This document shows positions 50,907-64,000 of a DNA stretch of 64,000 nucleotides, piece after piece. How positions within the stretch are numbered: position 1 is the first letter of the stretch; every line of letters starts with the position of its first letter. The notes below the pieces were generated by a model. The model was not told the DNA's origin, searched no databases, and saw nothing but the letters and a program-made list of their open reading frames with translations. A program made the position numbers and the translations under genes. This DNA is from an uncultured Chitinophagaceae bacterium. Its GTDB lineage: Bacteria; Bacteroidota; Bacteroidia; Chitinophagales; Chitinophagaceae. The DNA lies in NCBI GenBank assembly GCA_963726895.1, contig CAVSED010000026.1, forward strand, positions 128-64,127, read 5' to 3'.

Positions 50907-51563
50907 TTACTGCTGGTTTTTTCTCTTGTTTTTTTTCCGGTCCCGGTATTTTAGTATCGGAACTTTACTTTCCGTTCCTTTGAGAATACGGTTAATATTT
51001 TTTTGATGGGTTAGAATAACCATCAGGGCAACAGCCACAGCAAAAAATCTGTATAAAGTTTCCTTTTCGTTCCAGATAAATAGTATAAAAACAGCAAATG
51101 CGACTGCTGCAAGTATAGAACTTAAAGAAACAAATCTGGTGAGAAACAAAACCAAAAGAAACACCCCAACACAGCATATGGCTACAATAGGCTGAATTGC
51201 CACAACCATCCCAAATAAAGTAGCAACTCCTTTCCCCCCTTTAAACTCAGCGAAGATGGGGAAGATGTGCCCCAGCACAGCAGCCAAACCTAAACCCACC
51301 ATAAAATTGGTTCTTTCGAGTTCGTCGTGCAGATAATATGGAATTAGAATGTAGAGAGAGGTTGCTATGATACCCTTTACAACATCCACAATCATTACAA
51401 AAGTGCCCCAACGCGAACCTAACACTCTGTAGGTATTGGTAGCACCTGCATTTCCGCTACCATAATCTCTTATATCAACTCCAAAGAAATACTTGCTTAC
51501 CCATACAGAGGTTGGAATAGAACCAATTAAATAGGATAATATGATAAGCAGAACTTCATTCAT
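50907..51563 (-). CDS. plsY: Glycerol-3-phosphate acyltransferase PlsY
   Basis: GSGNAGATN, GHIFP, FKGGKGVAT, HQKNI.R. Confidence 0.96.
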   Translation of the reverse strand: MNEVLLIILSYLIGSIPTSVWVSKYFFGVDIRDYGSGNAGATNTYRVLGSRWGTFVMIVDVVKGIIATSLYILIPYYLHDELERTNFMVGLGLAAVLGHIFPIFAEFKGGKGVATLFGMVVAIQPIVAICCVGVFLLVLFLTRFVSLSSILAAVAFAVFILFIWNEKETLYRFFAVAVALMVILTHQKNINRILKGTESKVPILKYRDRKKNKRKNQQ

Positions 51564-51631
51564 TAATATAGGATTGACGGAAAACCAATGATACAGAAAC
51601 GAAGAGCAAAATTAGTACAACTCCGGTTAAG

Positions 51632-52449
51632 TTAGGTATGTTGTAATAATAAACTGATCCACCCATTGCGTGTTGTGGTATTCAAATGATCTAAACCGAA
51701 TTTTTAAATGTAAGTAAGATTTCCTCTTCATCGGTTTGCAGTAAGCCACTCAATAATAAGTAACCTTTGGCAGTGACTGCCGCTACCATTTTTTCGGCAT
51801 TTAACAAAATGACGTTCTTGTTGATATTTGCCAAAATGATGTCGAATTTACCCCCGGTGTCAAAACCTTCCTTCTGTTGAAGGTGAACTGCCTGGCAGCC
51901 GTTGTTATGCAAATTCTCTTTCGCATTGGCAATACTCCACTCATCATTGTCAATTGCAACCACCCGCGCCGCTCCCATCTTTTCTGCAAGTATTGCAAGC
52001 ACTCCCGTTCCGGTGCCAAAATCGCAAACTATTTTTTCCCTGCAATTGATATTTTCCATTTGACTGATCATCATGTAGGTAGTAGCATGATGTCCCGTAC
52101 CAAAACTCATTTTGGGGGTGATCATAATATCAAACCGGACCTTTGTGTTCGGCGAATGAAAATGGGCCCTAACAGAACAAAATTTTTCCACTTCTACCGG
52201 AGCAAAATTACTTTCCCAGAGGGCATTCCAATTCTCATTTCTAATTGACTGATGGGTATAATTCAGCCCATACCTTCTAAGTGTACCAGATAGCGCTTCT
52301 TCGTCAAAACTTTCTTCACCAATGAAAGCCATTAATTCTGTTTCGCCCTCTTCAAATGCGTCGTAGTTACTATTGCTTAATAAGGCAATCAGTTCTTCTC
52401 TAACCTGCAGGTCTGTTACGCGAATTGTAATTTTCAGAGTGGTATTCAT
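51632..52449 (-). CDS. prmA: Ribosomal protein L11 methyltransferase; probable 3' frameshift
   Basis: PKMSFGTGHHATT, DFGTGTGVL, ILANIN. Confidence 0.93.
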
Positions 52450-52511
52450 TAGTGCAAAAATGAATTTAATATTCTAAGATGTAGCTGCCCTGTTACAACC
52501 GTAGCTAAAAT

Positions 52512-52536
52512 AAAAAAGTCCCGCACCGGGGACTTC
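52512..52536 (-). terminator. Rho-independent terminator
   Basis: AAAAAAGTCCC...GGGACTT. Confidence 0.6.
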
Positions 52537-52556
52537 TATATCAATACCAAACCATT

Positions 52557-53124
52557 TTACACTTCGGCAACCAAATTAACCTTTTTGGTTCTGCTGTGAA
52601 TAAGGTTTCGTAACAAAGCCTTTGCCCGTGAGAATTGCGATTTGCTGGTACTTTCAGTTATTGATAATTGCATGGCAATCTCTTTGTGCGAAAATCCCTC
52701 AACTGCATACATATTGAATACCGTACGATAGCCTTCGCTAAGCGTTTGCGATTGCCTGATGATGTCCTTCTCATAGAGTTGATCCAGTACGCCCTGGTTA
52801 GTATCAGCAATGGCATTTTCTAATGCCATTGCTTACATCTGTTAACAAAGATTTTTTGCGGATGTGCTCTATAGCCGTATTTACAAAAATCCTTCTTACC
52901 CAACCATCAAACGAACCGTCGCCCCTAAACTTGCCAAGATTATTAAATAATTTAATAAAACCATCCTGCAGAATGTCTTCGGCGTCCATCTGATTTTTAG
53001 AATACCTGAGACAAATAGCAAACATTTTTGGAGCAAAAACTTCGTACAGCTCCTTTTGACTTTTTCTTTCTCCCTTTAAACAATTGTCGATCAACTGATC
53101 CATTATTGTACACATCCCATCCAT
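52557..53124 (-). CDS. ECF RNA polymerase sigma factor; frameshift near 52830
   Basis: DAEDILQDGFIK, SFDGWVRRI; EGFSHKEIA...STSKSQ. Confidence 0.9.
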
Positions 53125-53295
53125 GGTTGCTTGGTTTAAGTTCAATTCAGCAGTTACGATATCAATGCCAAACCTAAGAATATTAGAAATCAATAACTTA
53201 CTTATCGATATTTTTTATATTGCTTCCGGAATTTGTAATATTTTCCCGCAGTTGGAATAATGGGCTAAAATATAGTAAAGAATTTGCAAGTAAAA

Positions 53296-54313
53296 CTAAA
53301 AAGTGATTAAAACTCCTAATCCTGCCCTATCCGAAACCCTTACCTGTCCATCGGCGTAATGTAAGCCTGATGCAAGATCTTGTGTAAGCAACAAGGGTCC
53401 GTCAGCATCTACATAATCTAATTGCGGAATGCAGTGAGCTATAGCAGCAGAACCAATGGAGCTTTCGTTCATAGAACCCATCATAACTTTTAATTGAAGG
53501 GAGCGGGCATTCTTTATCATGCGCAACGCCGGCGTTACTCCACCGCACTTGGTTAGCTTAATGTTTATTCCATGAAAAAAGCCCGCACATTTTGCCACAT
53601 CATTTTCCGTAACACAACTTTCATCGGCTATAAGCGGTATTGGAGACATTCCAAAAAGTACTTTCATACCGTCCCAATTTTCTTTTTGCAGGGGCTGCTC
53701 AATCAACTCCACACGCAGGGCATGCAGCTTTGGAATTTTTTGCAACGCTTCTTCTGTGGTCCAACCTTCGTTGGCATCTACCCGCAAAATGGCTGAAGTG
53801 TTCTCTCTTAAAGCCTGCACCATTTCAATGTCATTCTCAACTCCCAGTTTTATCTTATAAATGGGCCAAGGTTTCCGGCGCATCTTGTTCACCATGTTTT
53901 CTATGGTATCTATGCCGATAGTATAATCGGTGAGTGGAACTGTTTCGCTGAAATGCGTGTCCCATATTTTATAGAGTGGTTGCTTGTGCAATTTGCCATA
54001 CAAATCCCAACCGGCCATGTCGAGGGCACAAACCAAAAATGGATCTTTTGGAAACAGGTGATGCAGATAATGCCAAAACCGGTCGGGTTGCGTAAAAGCA
54101 AATTTCTCAACAAAACTTCGTTTCGCCTCCAGGCTTTCTGCCAGGGCATCCACCGTGACATGGTAGTAGTTGATCGCCCGGCGCTTCACCATACCCTCTG
54201 TACGCGCCCAGTTCTAACTCTACCACAAAAATTGGCTGGTGCGTTTTTGTTCCTTTCGAAATAGTGAAAGGATATTCAAAAGGAACATTGTGTTTCCAAT
54301 ATCTGAGTTTCAA
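53296..54313 (-). CDS. L-Ala-D/L-Glu dipeptide epimerase (enolase superfamily); frameshift near 54180
   Basis: PFTISKG, GYGEA, KIKLG, VDANEGW, IEQP, ADES, NIKLTKCGG. Confidence 0.9.
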
Positions 54314-54387
54314 TTTTAGCTGGTTTAGCGTAGTCGTAATAGAATGGATTGCATAGTAAAAATCCCTGCAGAAACAGTGTGCCTATT

Positions 54388-54762
54388 ATTTTGGGTGGCA
54401 CCGGCATTGGTATGTTGAGGAAACATTGTTGCGACGCTCCGTTCATCTATAGCGCTTCGCTATAGCTTTTCCCGGTGTGTGTTGATCTTTTCTTCTGCTA
54501 ACAATTAATTGCGATTTTTTCATTTCTCCCGGCAATTTGTTGAACTTATATTACCAGGCAAATTCATGCAGCAGGACCTTGTAGCTATGTTTACAATTTT
54601 TTAAGCGTTTTCAAATCGTCAGTGCCGGAGAAGATACCGTAGCATTTCAAGCATTTATCATTAGGGAAATACTATTACACAAATTATAAAAAGCTATACC
54701 AATGCTATGCCGCTGAACGGAGCGTCGCAACTATGCTCACTCATAGCGCCTTGGCTGGTTTA
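54388..54762. repeat. Inverted pair of type B bipartite repeats (REPIN/MITE-like)
   Basis: GTTGCGACGCTCCGTTCA at ~54428 and TGAACGGAGCGTCGCAAC at ~54714, with imperfect pairing extending inward. Confidence 0.8.
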
Positions 54763-54801
54763 ACAGAATGCCTGCTATCGACTACAAAAATTGACCAGCA
54801 C

Positions 54802-57800
54802 TTACCGGTTGCTTTGCTGAACGAGTGTTTGAATCTCTGTATTGAAACTATCGGCAGCGAGCAGATCTTCGAGGGTAATGTGCATTCTATACCGCCAATA
54901 ATGTTTAGGATCTGCCGGTATGTTGATGCGCTCTTCGGCCGGGTTTTCGCGCCGCAGGCTGGCACTAATGCCTAACAGATCCTGTAGTTGAAATATGCTC
55001 CACATTGCCGGTGAATGAAAATGTTGTTGCAATATGATGTGGTTGAGCCAGGGCTCGCAGAAATACGGCGCCGTGCCCCACTGCCCCAATTCATTGTTGA
55101 AGAACCGCTGCGTGGCTGCCCGGTCTTCCTCCCACCAGCCTCTTATGGTGCTCATGTCGTGCGTGGACGGTGTGACCACGCTGAGGTACGGCGCATCGTT
55201 GGGATGAAAGAACTCGCGTTTCGGATCCTTAGGCATCCGCTGTATCTCGAGACTTAAAATTGACAACTCGTGCATAACACCCGGCACCGAAGCGGGAACC
55301 ATACCAAGGTCTTCGCCGCAAATGAGCATGTTGGTGCTACGTTTTAGTTCGGGTAGTTTCAGCATTGCTTCTTTGCGCCAGAAGGCATCTTGCCGCCGGA
55401 AAAAATAGTTCTCGTATAATCCATCTAAAACGTGCTGAGTATGCCCGTCGAGGTGCCTGAAAGAAAAGGTATTTTGCATGGAAATACGGAAGTGAAACTG
55501 CTGGGCATCAGTATCCGCGACCTCAAAAAGTATTACGTTGCTGATGAGATTGAAAAGCCCTTCCTTCAAGTTGATATTCGCCTCCGTTTTATCAAGATGG
55601 CTAAAGTATTCTTCCACCTTTGCCTGGGTATCGAAAGCAGGCAACAGATCGAATTGACCATTGTATGCAGGAGTAAGGAACTCTTGCGCTACGCGGGTTG
55701 CCTCGCTACCGAATAACTGCCAAAGCAATGCATCGTTGATAAAGGGCTTACAAAATCTGTTTTTATCGAAGTGTAAACCTTTGCTCAGAAATTCATTGAT
55801 ATGCACTGGTATAGCCGGAACAAAATGTCCCATGATGCCTTGCACAGATGCCACAGGAATGCTCCAGATGCGGAAGAAACCCAAAATATGATCTATGCGA
55901 AAGGCGTCGAAATAATAACTCATTTGGTGAAACCTTTTTTTCCACCACGAAAAACCGTCTTCGCGCATTTTGTGCCAGTTGTAGGTAGGAAAGCCCCAGT
56001 TTTGACCATTAACAGCAAAGTCGTCGGGCGGAGCACCTGCCTGCATATTCATATAAAAAAGCCCGGGCTCTTGCCAGGCATCGCAACTGTTGCGATAAAT
56101 ACCAATGGGTATATCGCCTTTTACAATGATGCCGTTTTGGTGCGCATATTTTGTTGCAGCGAGTAATTGCAGGTGCAGATGAAACTGAATAAAATAGTAG
56201 ATGCTTATTTCATCTGTTGCACCTGTAGGCGAACCTGCCAGATCATTTATCGCCTGCTGATTATAAGTTTGATTGCTGCTCCACTTACTAAACTCAGACG
56301 TATTGTTTTGTTCGCGCAAATAGGAGAAGGCCGCATAAGGCACCAGCCAATGTGAATTTTCCTCAAAAAACGCCCGGAACTCAGGATCAGCAAAAGTGTT
56401 TTCCTTAAGAGCGGGAAAGATTGTTTTCAGAAAATCCCACTTCACTTTCATCACTGCTACATAATCTACTTCAGATTTACTGTTTAGTTCTTGCTGGGTT
56501 TGCAAAAGATCTTGCAAGGCGGAATGATCACCCTGCACTACTGCCGGCAGATGCAGATAAATGGGATGCAAAGCGAAAGCAGAAATGGCTGCGTAAGGAT
56601 AACTATCGAGATAACTATGAGTGGCAGTGGTGTCGTTGACAGGCAGAAGTTGAACTAATTTTAATCCTGCTTTTTTAGCCCAATCGATCAACAGATGTAA
56701 ATCGGCAAACTCTCCCACTCCCATGCTATTTTTCGTACGCAGGCTAAATACGGGTATTGCGACGCCGGCGCCTCTGAATTTATTAAAAGGCAGTTGCGCA
56801 AATCCATCGGATATAATGGTTTGTTTGCCGGGGGCCGGACTATCGTACACAGAGCGATTATTCCCCTCTTCAAAGTGCAGCAGTTTGGCTGCATCCACAT
56901 CATACAATCCGTATTTGTAAGACACCGGGAAGTTGGCATGTAACAGGTCAAGAGAAATGCTATGCCAGATCTCATTTTCGTGGCGGGATAGCAATAAAGG
57001 ATCTTCAGTGTTCCATTTGCCAAGTTCCGGTATAGAACCAATCAGACAAATTGCCTGACCTTTTGCTACAAGCGGCGCCTTTACCCTAAAAATATGAGTT
57101 GTTTTTTCCGGTTTGCTTTGCGGTATTTGAGTGCTATTTTCTTTTAACAGCACCTGTTGAAATGGCTCGGTAAAAAAAGTATTCTCAGGTATAGAAGAAG
57201 AGTTCCAGGAGTCGATCAGCACCAATTCCTCAGATTGAAAATAGTCTTTGCTGATCATTTTATCAGTACCCCATTCCTGGCTGATGGTGCCATCCTCACT
57301 CCTTAATAGGTAGCTGTAAGTAAATTCATTGGATAGTATCTCACCGTGTGGTATAAGTAGTGTTCCAACCCAATAATCCGGGTTTAGGTATGTCAACGCA
57401 AAAGATGCCTCCAGGTCATTATTACCTAACAACAGATGACTGCCGGTTACATGTAAAAACTTCTCCAACTTTTGTATGAAACGCAAGTTGAAAGGTTATT
57501 TTTCGAAGCCGGTACAATGAGTTTGCGTTCGCTTCAGCAGACTTTGTTTGTTCAGATTTCTTATGGGTGGCGGAGGAGACACTGGTCCGGGCTTTTGACG
57601 GTTCAGTTTCCAGGGCTACAGTTGTGTACAACTCGTCAGGATCAGGTACTTCGGTTTCCGGGAAATCAGGTGGCAATTCAGTTTCGCTGGTTTGGGTTGA
57701 CTGCGCATTTGTTTTTTTGCCACTGCTTCCTGCAGCGAAAGTTGACTTCTTTTTACCGGCGGTCTTCTTGTCACCAGGTGGGTTTACCGGTGTTTCTGAG

Positions 57801-58085
57801 GAGGCCTGAGTGGATTTTATTGTTGGTTCTTTTTTAGCCGCTTTACCCTTTTTAGTAGCTGTTTTTTCAGCATCCTCTTTTGGGGTTGTTTTTTTTGTGG
57901 CTGTTTTTCCAGGCGCCTCTGCAGTTGATTTTGAAGTTTCTGAAATCTTCCCCCACAACCTTTGCGACCTTTTTCTTTTTTGCATTTTCCTCTATTTTTT
58001 CACTTGCTTTTCCCATCTCATTTTTCCGTGTAGCGCGGGAAGAAGATGGAGTTTTCTGATCATCTGACAAAGAGTTCTCGTTCAT
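54802..58085 (-). CDS. malQ: 4-alpha-glucanotransferase (GH77, DPE2 type, two CBM20) with long Lys-rich N-terminal extension; frameshifts
   Basis: GVAIPVFSLR, QLLPVNDT, KGDIPIG, FRIDHILG, GEDLG, STHD. Confidence 0.9.
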
Positions 58086-58207
58086 CAAAATAAAGTTTTG
58101 TATGGGGCGAAAATAATTAAAACACTTCAATATGCCGGGAAGGTACATAAAACAAAAAAATATGGATAGTAAGACAAGTGCCCTTAATTTTGCGAAAACT
58201 CATCAAC

Positions 58208-58360
58208 ATGGAAACAACTAAACCAACCGGAAAATATTGGATCTATTTTCTACTTTCTATAATCCTCTTATTAGTAATGATCTTTTTTGCACCGAAATTT
58301 TTCTGGGTGGTTTTGCCTTTCGCTTTTACGTTTTTTGTGAAGGGAATGAATATTGTATAG
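58208..58360 (+). CDS. Small membrane protein
   Basis: METTKPTGKYW... hydrophobic 50 aa; upstream TAATTTTG box; followed by a terminator. Confidence 0.6.
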   Translation: METTKPTGKYWIYFLLSIILLLVMIFFAPKFFWVVLPFAFTFFVKGMNIV

Positions 58361-58385
58361 AGTGCCCGCACTTGCTTACAGACAT

Positions 58386-58418
58386 AAAAAAAACCTCCTT
58401 TACGGGAGGTTTTTTTTT
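58386..58418. terminator. Bidirectional terminator
   Basis: A-tract-CCTCC...GGAGG-T-tract between convergent genes. Confidence 0.85.
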
Positions 58419-58436
58419 GTGATGAAGTATAGGGTA

Positions 58437-58898
58437 CTAGTCACCCAAAATTACGATCAGTGCATAGATGATACCTGGCAGAGAACCCAGGAAGAAAATA
58501 CCAGCAAAGCCAAACAGCAAATATCCTATGATTGTCAACAGCACGTCAATCCAAAATTTACTGTTGGTTTCTCCTTCGTGCAGATACACCGCGAGAGGTG
58601 GAATGAGGATGGAAATAAGCACGAGTAAAAGGGTATTGGTGCTAACATCGTCACCAGCTTTTTTATCGGCGACCATTTTTTTCAATGCCTTTTTCATTTC
58701 TTTAAACCGGCTTTTTTTCTCGGAGCGTTTCAGATTTTTTAGCTCTTTCATCGCATCTTTTAGTTCGTCAGAAGATGGCTGAGCTGTAGTAGCAGTTTGC
58801 TCAGTCTTTACGTCGGCAGAACTATGCGCGGCAAAAGATGCAGAAAAAGGAAGAAAGAGTAAAGCGGATAAACAGACCAGTAGAAATTTTTGTCTCAT
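58437..58898 (-). CDS. YqaE/Pmp3 family membrane protein with N-terminal signal
   Basis: ILIPPLAVYL...FWIDVLL...PGIIYAL. Confidence 0.85.
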   Translation of the reverse strand: MRQKFLLVCLSALLFLPFSASFAAHSSADVKTEQTATTAQPSSDELKDAMKELKNLKRSEKKSRFKEMKKALKKMVADKKAGDDVSTNTLLLVLISILIPPLAVYLHEGETNSKFWIDVLLTIIGYLLFGFAGIFFLGSLPGIIYALIVILGD

Positions 58899-59157
58899 AA
58901 CATGTTGGTTTAGTTTGAACGATGTAGTTTAAAAAATTGTAAAGGCAGTAATCGCTTGGTGAGTAAATAATTAGTCTCAAAAATAGGGTAAGAAACAGAC
59001 ACAGCAGACCGGGTGAATAACTTTATTATTGAATCACATTGTAAACTTTGATCAGTGAACTTTGCAGACTCGGATTGTCAATAACTTGTATAAAGTGATA
59101 ACTGAATACAAACAGCAGTCATCCTGCTGCTTCGCTACAAAAAAGAACTAAAAGATA

Positions 59158-59232
59158 AATGGAGCCCCGCAGTACGGCGGGGTAAACTGTCGCAACAATG
59201 CTTCACAGAAATTTAAAAAGCTGACTACCAAA
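59158..59232 (-). repeat. Bipartite type B repeat with 23-nt hairpin insert (59166-59188)
   Basis: ATGGAGC[CCCGCAGTACGGCGGGGTAAACT]GTCGCAAC. Confidence 0.85.
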
Positions 59233-59284
59233 CATACGCCTTGTAAACAAACAACTTTTAACTGCCAACCCAAAAAACAGCACA

Positions 59285-59315
59285 AAAAAAGCCCCGGAAA
59301 TTATCCGGGGCTTTT
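59285..59315 (-). terminator. dnaK terminator
   Basis: AAAAAAGCCCCGGA...TCCGGGGCTTTT. Confidence 0.85.
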
Positions 59316-59336
59316 GTATACTCATCTAATGCTATT

Positions 59337-61292
<1,956 letters not shown>

Positions 61293-61380
61293 TCATTATG
61301 CCAATGGAATATAGGTGAAAAAATGGCAGGTATCATCTATTCTCAATGCCTTTACCAGATAAAAGCACAAGGTTTGTCAA

Positions 61381-61440
61381 TTTTTGTGGGAGCAAACTTT
61401 TTGTTCTTTGTGCTTCATCGTTGCGTCGCATTACGTTCAT
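61381..61440 (+). repeat. Bipartite repeat, type A-like copy
   Basis: TTTTTGTGGG ... CATCGTTGCGTCGCA. Confidence 0.55.
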
Positions 61441-61567
61441 CCGCAAACCATTGTGCAACTATTGTAATGGTAGGAATGTTGCGCCAAACAGCCAATTGCC
61501 TGTAAAAGAAGAAAGCAATTCTACTTACTGCGTTTTATAATAGAATAAAAGTATCGGGCGGGTGGAA

Positions 61568-61607
61568 ATGAAAAGGTGTAACTGAACAAATCAGTTACAC
61601 CTTTCAT
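61568..61607 (-). terminator. Stem-loop downstream of the guaA operon
   Basis: ATGAAAAGGTGTAACTGA-ACAAA-TCAGTTACACCTTTCAT. Confidence 0.6.
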
Positions 61608-61628
61608 CTTAATATATCTGTACACATT

Positions 61629-62827
61629 TTATATCACACTTTTTACACTTCCCTCCTGCTTCTTTATAAAATATAATTTTTTATTTTCCAGCAAATCTGG
61701 TTTGGTACTGGCGCGGCTCGTTTTAATGGGTTCCAGGTCAAACGTATTAAACAGTGTAAAGTCGGTGTCACTTAGGTTGTTGATCAAATTATAGCGGTGT
61801 TTTGCCAGCAGCTTGGTAAAGTGATAGGTAACCTCAAAACCTTTAAAGACCATATCGCTTGGCCGGCTGAAATATTTTTCTTTATACATTTTATTAACCT
61901 CAGAACTGAGGCTTTGGATTTTGAGAATAAAATAAAAACGGGGTTGAGAAAACCACATTTACGTTGCGGCAGTCAGATTTATCTAAACTTCTTATTCCAT
62001 CCCAGGTAGGCATTCCAATGGCTGTGATCCGGTAATTTTCATTGGTGTTTAAAGCCTTTACAACATTCAACCCAAAGCTCTCCAGTGGCGAGGCTACGAA
62101 CACAACATTGTCTTTGGTACTGTCCAGGCTAGCTTTAAAATCTGCAGGTTTTACATTGTTTTCATCAAGGGTGATCCATCTTATTTTCAACGGTATAGAA
62201 GCGCTGTTTTTGTTGAGGGCGAGTATGTAGTTTTTAATGAAGGTTTCTGTATTTCCTTTTTTTGTAACCGCTGTAATGGTATTAGTTGAAAAATAGCGCT
62301 GCATATGTTTGAACAATCCATCTAAATGTGCCTGGAAAGAAGAATTAAGCAAAACAAAAAATGGGTTGCCAGCTACGCCCACATAGTTGGGATAAGTGGC
62401 AGAGATAAGCGGAACATTTCTCAACAACGCCTGGTCAGAAAAAGTTTTTAACTCTGTTGTATTGGTGATGGCTGCTATCATTAAACCCACATTATTCAAG
62501 TTGCCGGAGATTTCAAAACCTGGGCTAAAGTTTGAGACTTTTGCTTGGTATCATAAATGTTCAATTCAACCTTTGTACCTTCTTTATTCAGACTATCAAT
62601 TGCCATCATTACGCCATTATAAAATTCAAGTCCCGGCAGTACGTTTTTAGGAAGATTTGCTTTGGTCGAGGCTATAATTGCGGCCAGTCAAAAACATCAT
62701 CAGCATACAGCGGAATAAAGATCGCAACTTTCACAGGCTTCGTGGTGTCGGTTTGTGCATGCACACACGCCGTTGAAAACCGGCAATGTAAAAGTACAAT
62801 AGAAAGAAAGCGGTAAAAATAGTTCAT
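61629..62827 (-). CDS. Periplasmic-binding-protein-like (type 1) conserved protein downstream of guaA; frameshifted
   Basis: KVAIFIPLY...EFYNGVMMAIDSL (manual translation) plus ORFs 61900-62499 and 61629-61958. Confidence 0.7.
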
Positions 62828-62861
62828 TTAAAATTTTTCGACTCAATTACAAAATTGATGC

Positions 62862-64000
62862 CTATTCCCACTCAATTGTTGCGGGTGGTTTGCTGCTAAT
62901 GTCATACACTACCCGGTTTATGCCTCTTACATTGTTGATGATTTCGTTGGAAATATGGGCCAGAAATTCGTAAGGCAGATGTGCCCAATCAGCTGTCATA
63001 CCGTCAACAGAGGTTACTGCCCTAAGTGCCAGGGTATATTCATAGGTTCGTTCGTCGCCCATTACACCTACACTTTTTACAGGCAATAAAATAGAACCTG
63101 CCTGCCAAACTGACGAATAAAGTTTATGTTCTTTCAACCCTTTCACATAAATGTCATCTGCCTCCTGCAACAAGTTTAACTTTTTCTTCGGTCACTTCAC
63201 CCAATATTCTAATGGCAAAGCCCGGGCCCGGAAAAGGGTGGCGAAACAATTGTTCGTGCGGAATATCCAGTTCAAGCCCTACTTTCCTTACTTCATCTTT
63301 AAAAAGATATTTCAATGGCTCAATCAATTTGAGATGCATTTTTTCTGGCAGTCCACCTACGTTATGGTGCGATTTAATAGTAGCAGAAGGACCATGAACA
63401 CTAACACTTTCAATCACATCGGGGTAAATGGTTCCCTGACCTAAAAAGTCAATATTCGTCAGTTGCACCGCTTCTTCCTGAAAAACATCGATAAATAGTT
63501 TACCAATTGCTTTTCGTTTTTCTTCCGGATCGGCTTTACCTTTAAGGGCATCGTAAAAAAGTTTTTCCGGTCAACGCCTTTTACATTTAATCCAATTTGC
63601 TTATAGGTTGCCAATACCTGCTCAAATTCATTTTTTCGCAGCACGCCATTGTCAACAAAAATGCCATGTAGCCGATCACCAATTGCTTTGGCAATAATGG
63701 TAGCTGCCACGGTGCTATCGACGCCGCCACTTAACGCCATGATCACCTGTCCGTCGCCCACCTGCTGTTTAATTTGTTTCGATGGCTTCTTGTACAAATG
63801 CATTTCGGCGTCCAGTCTTGCGAGCATCTGCAAATATTGACAAGGAAATTATAGATAATCTTTTTGCCTTCGGTAGAATGATACACTTCGGGGTGAAACT
63901 GTAATGCATGCAATGGAAATGTGCCATTGTCTTTTTTTCTAAATGCAGCAACAGGTATAGATTCGGTTGTTGCCAAAATTTCAAAGTTTTCAGGCAGAGA
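62862..64000 (-). CDS. guaA: GMP synthase (5' end outside window; frameshifted)
   Basis: [52 protein letters not shown]. Confidence 0.97.

Overview
The window looks like a Bacteroidota chromosome segment, probably Chitinophagaceae-like. The basis is T9SS C-terminal domains, TAnnTTTG promoters and gene content. Many genes, including dnaK and guaA, are broken by single-base frameshifts, most likely long-read assembly errors. Left: a copper/heavy-metal module (HMBD barrel protein, HMA-MauE, HMA-AraC), ydeP/fdhF-fdhD, a CzcCBA-type efflux pump and a GH29 fucosidase. Middle: three T9SS repeat proteins, a two-component system, glucan hydrolases, and an AT-rich P-loop ATPase plus NucS-like nuclease pair. 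Right: housekeeping genes (plsY, prmA, ECF sigma, malQ, dnaK, guaA). The most notable structure is non-coding. (i) About 21 copies of a bipartite ~60-75 bp repeat sit at most module junctions, and seven carry GC-rich REP-like hairpins in the central palindrome. (ii) The P-loop ATPase is bracketed by an 18-bp inverted repeat with gene-cassette geometry. (iii) A duplicated repeat scaffold flanks one T9SS gene, with DUF1330 embedded in one copy. (iv) Heptamer tracts start at stop codons. (v) A candidate structured RNA leader lies upstream of czcA. No CRISPR array, rRNA, tRNA, transposase or integrase was recognised.
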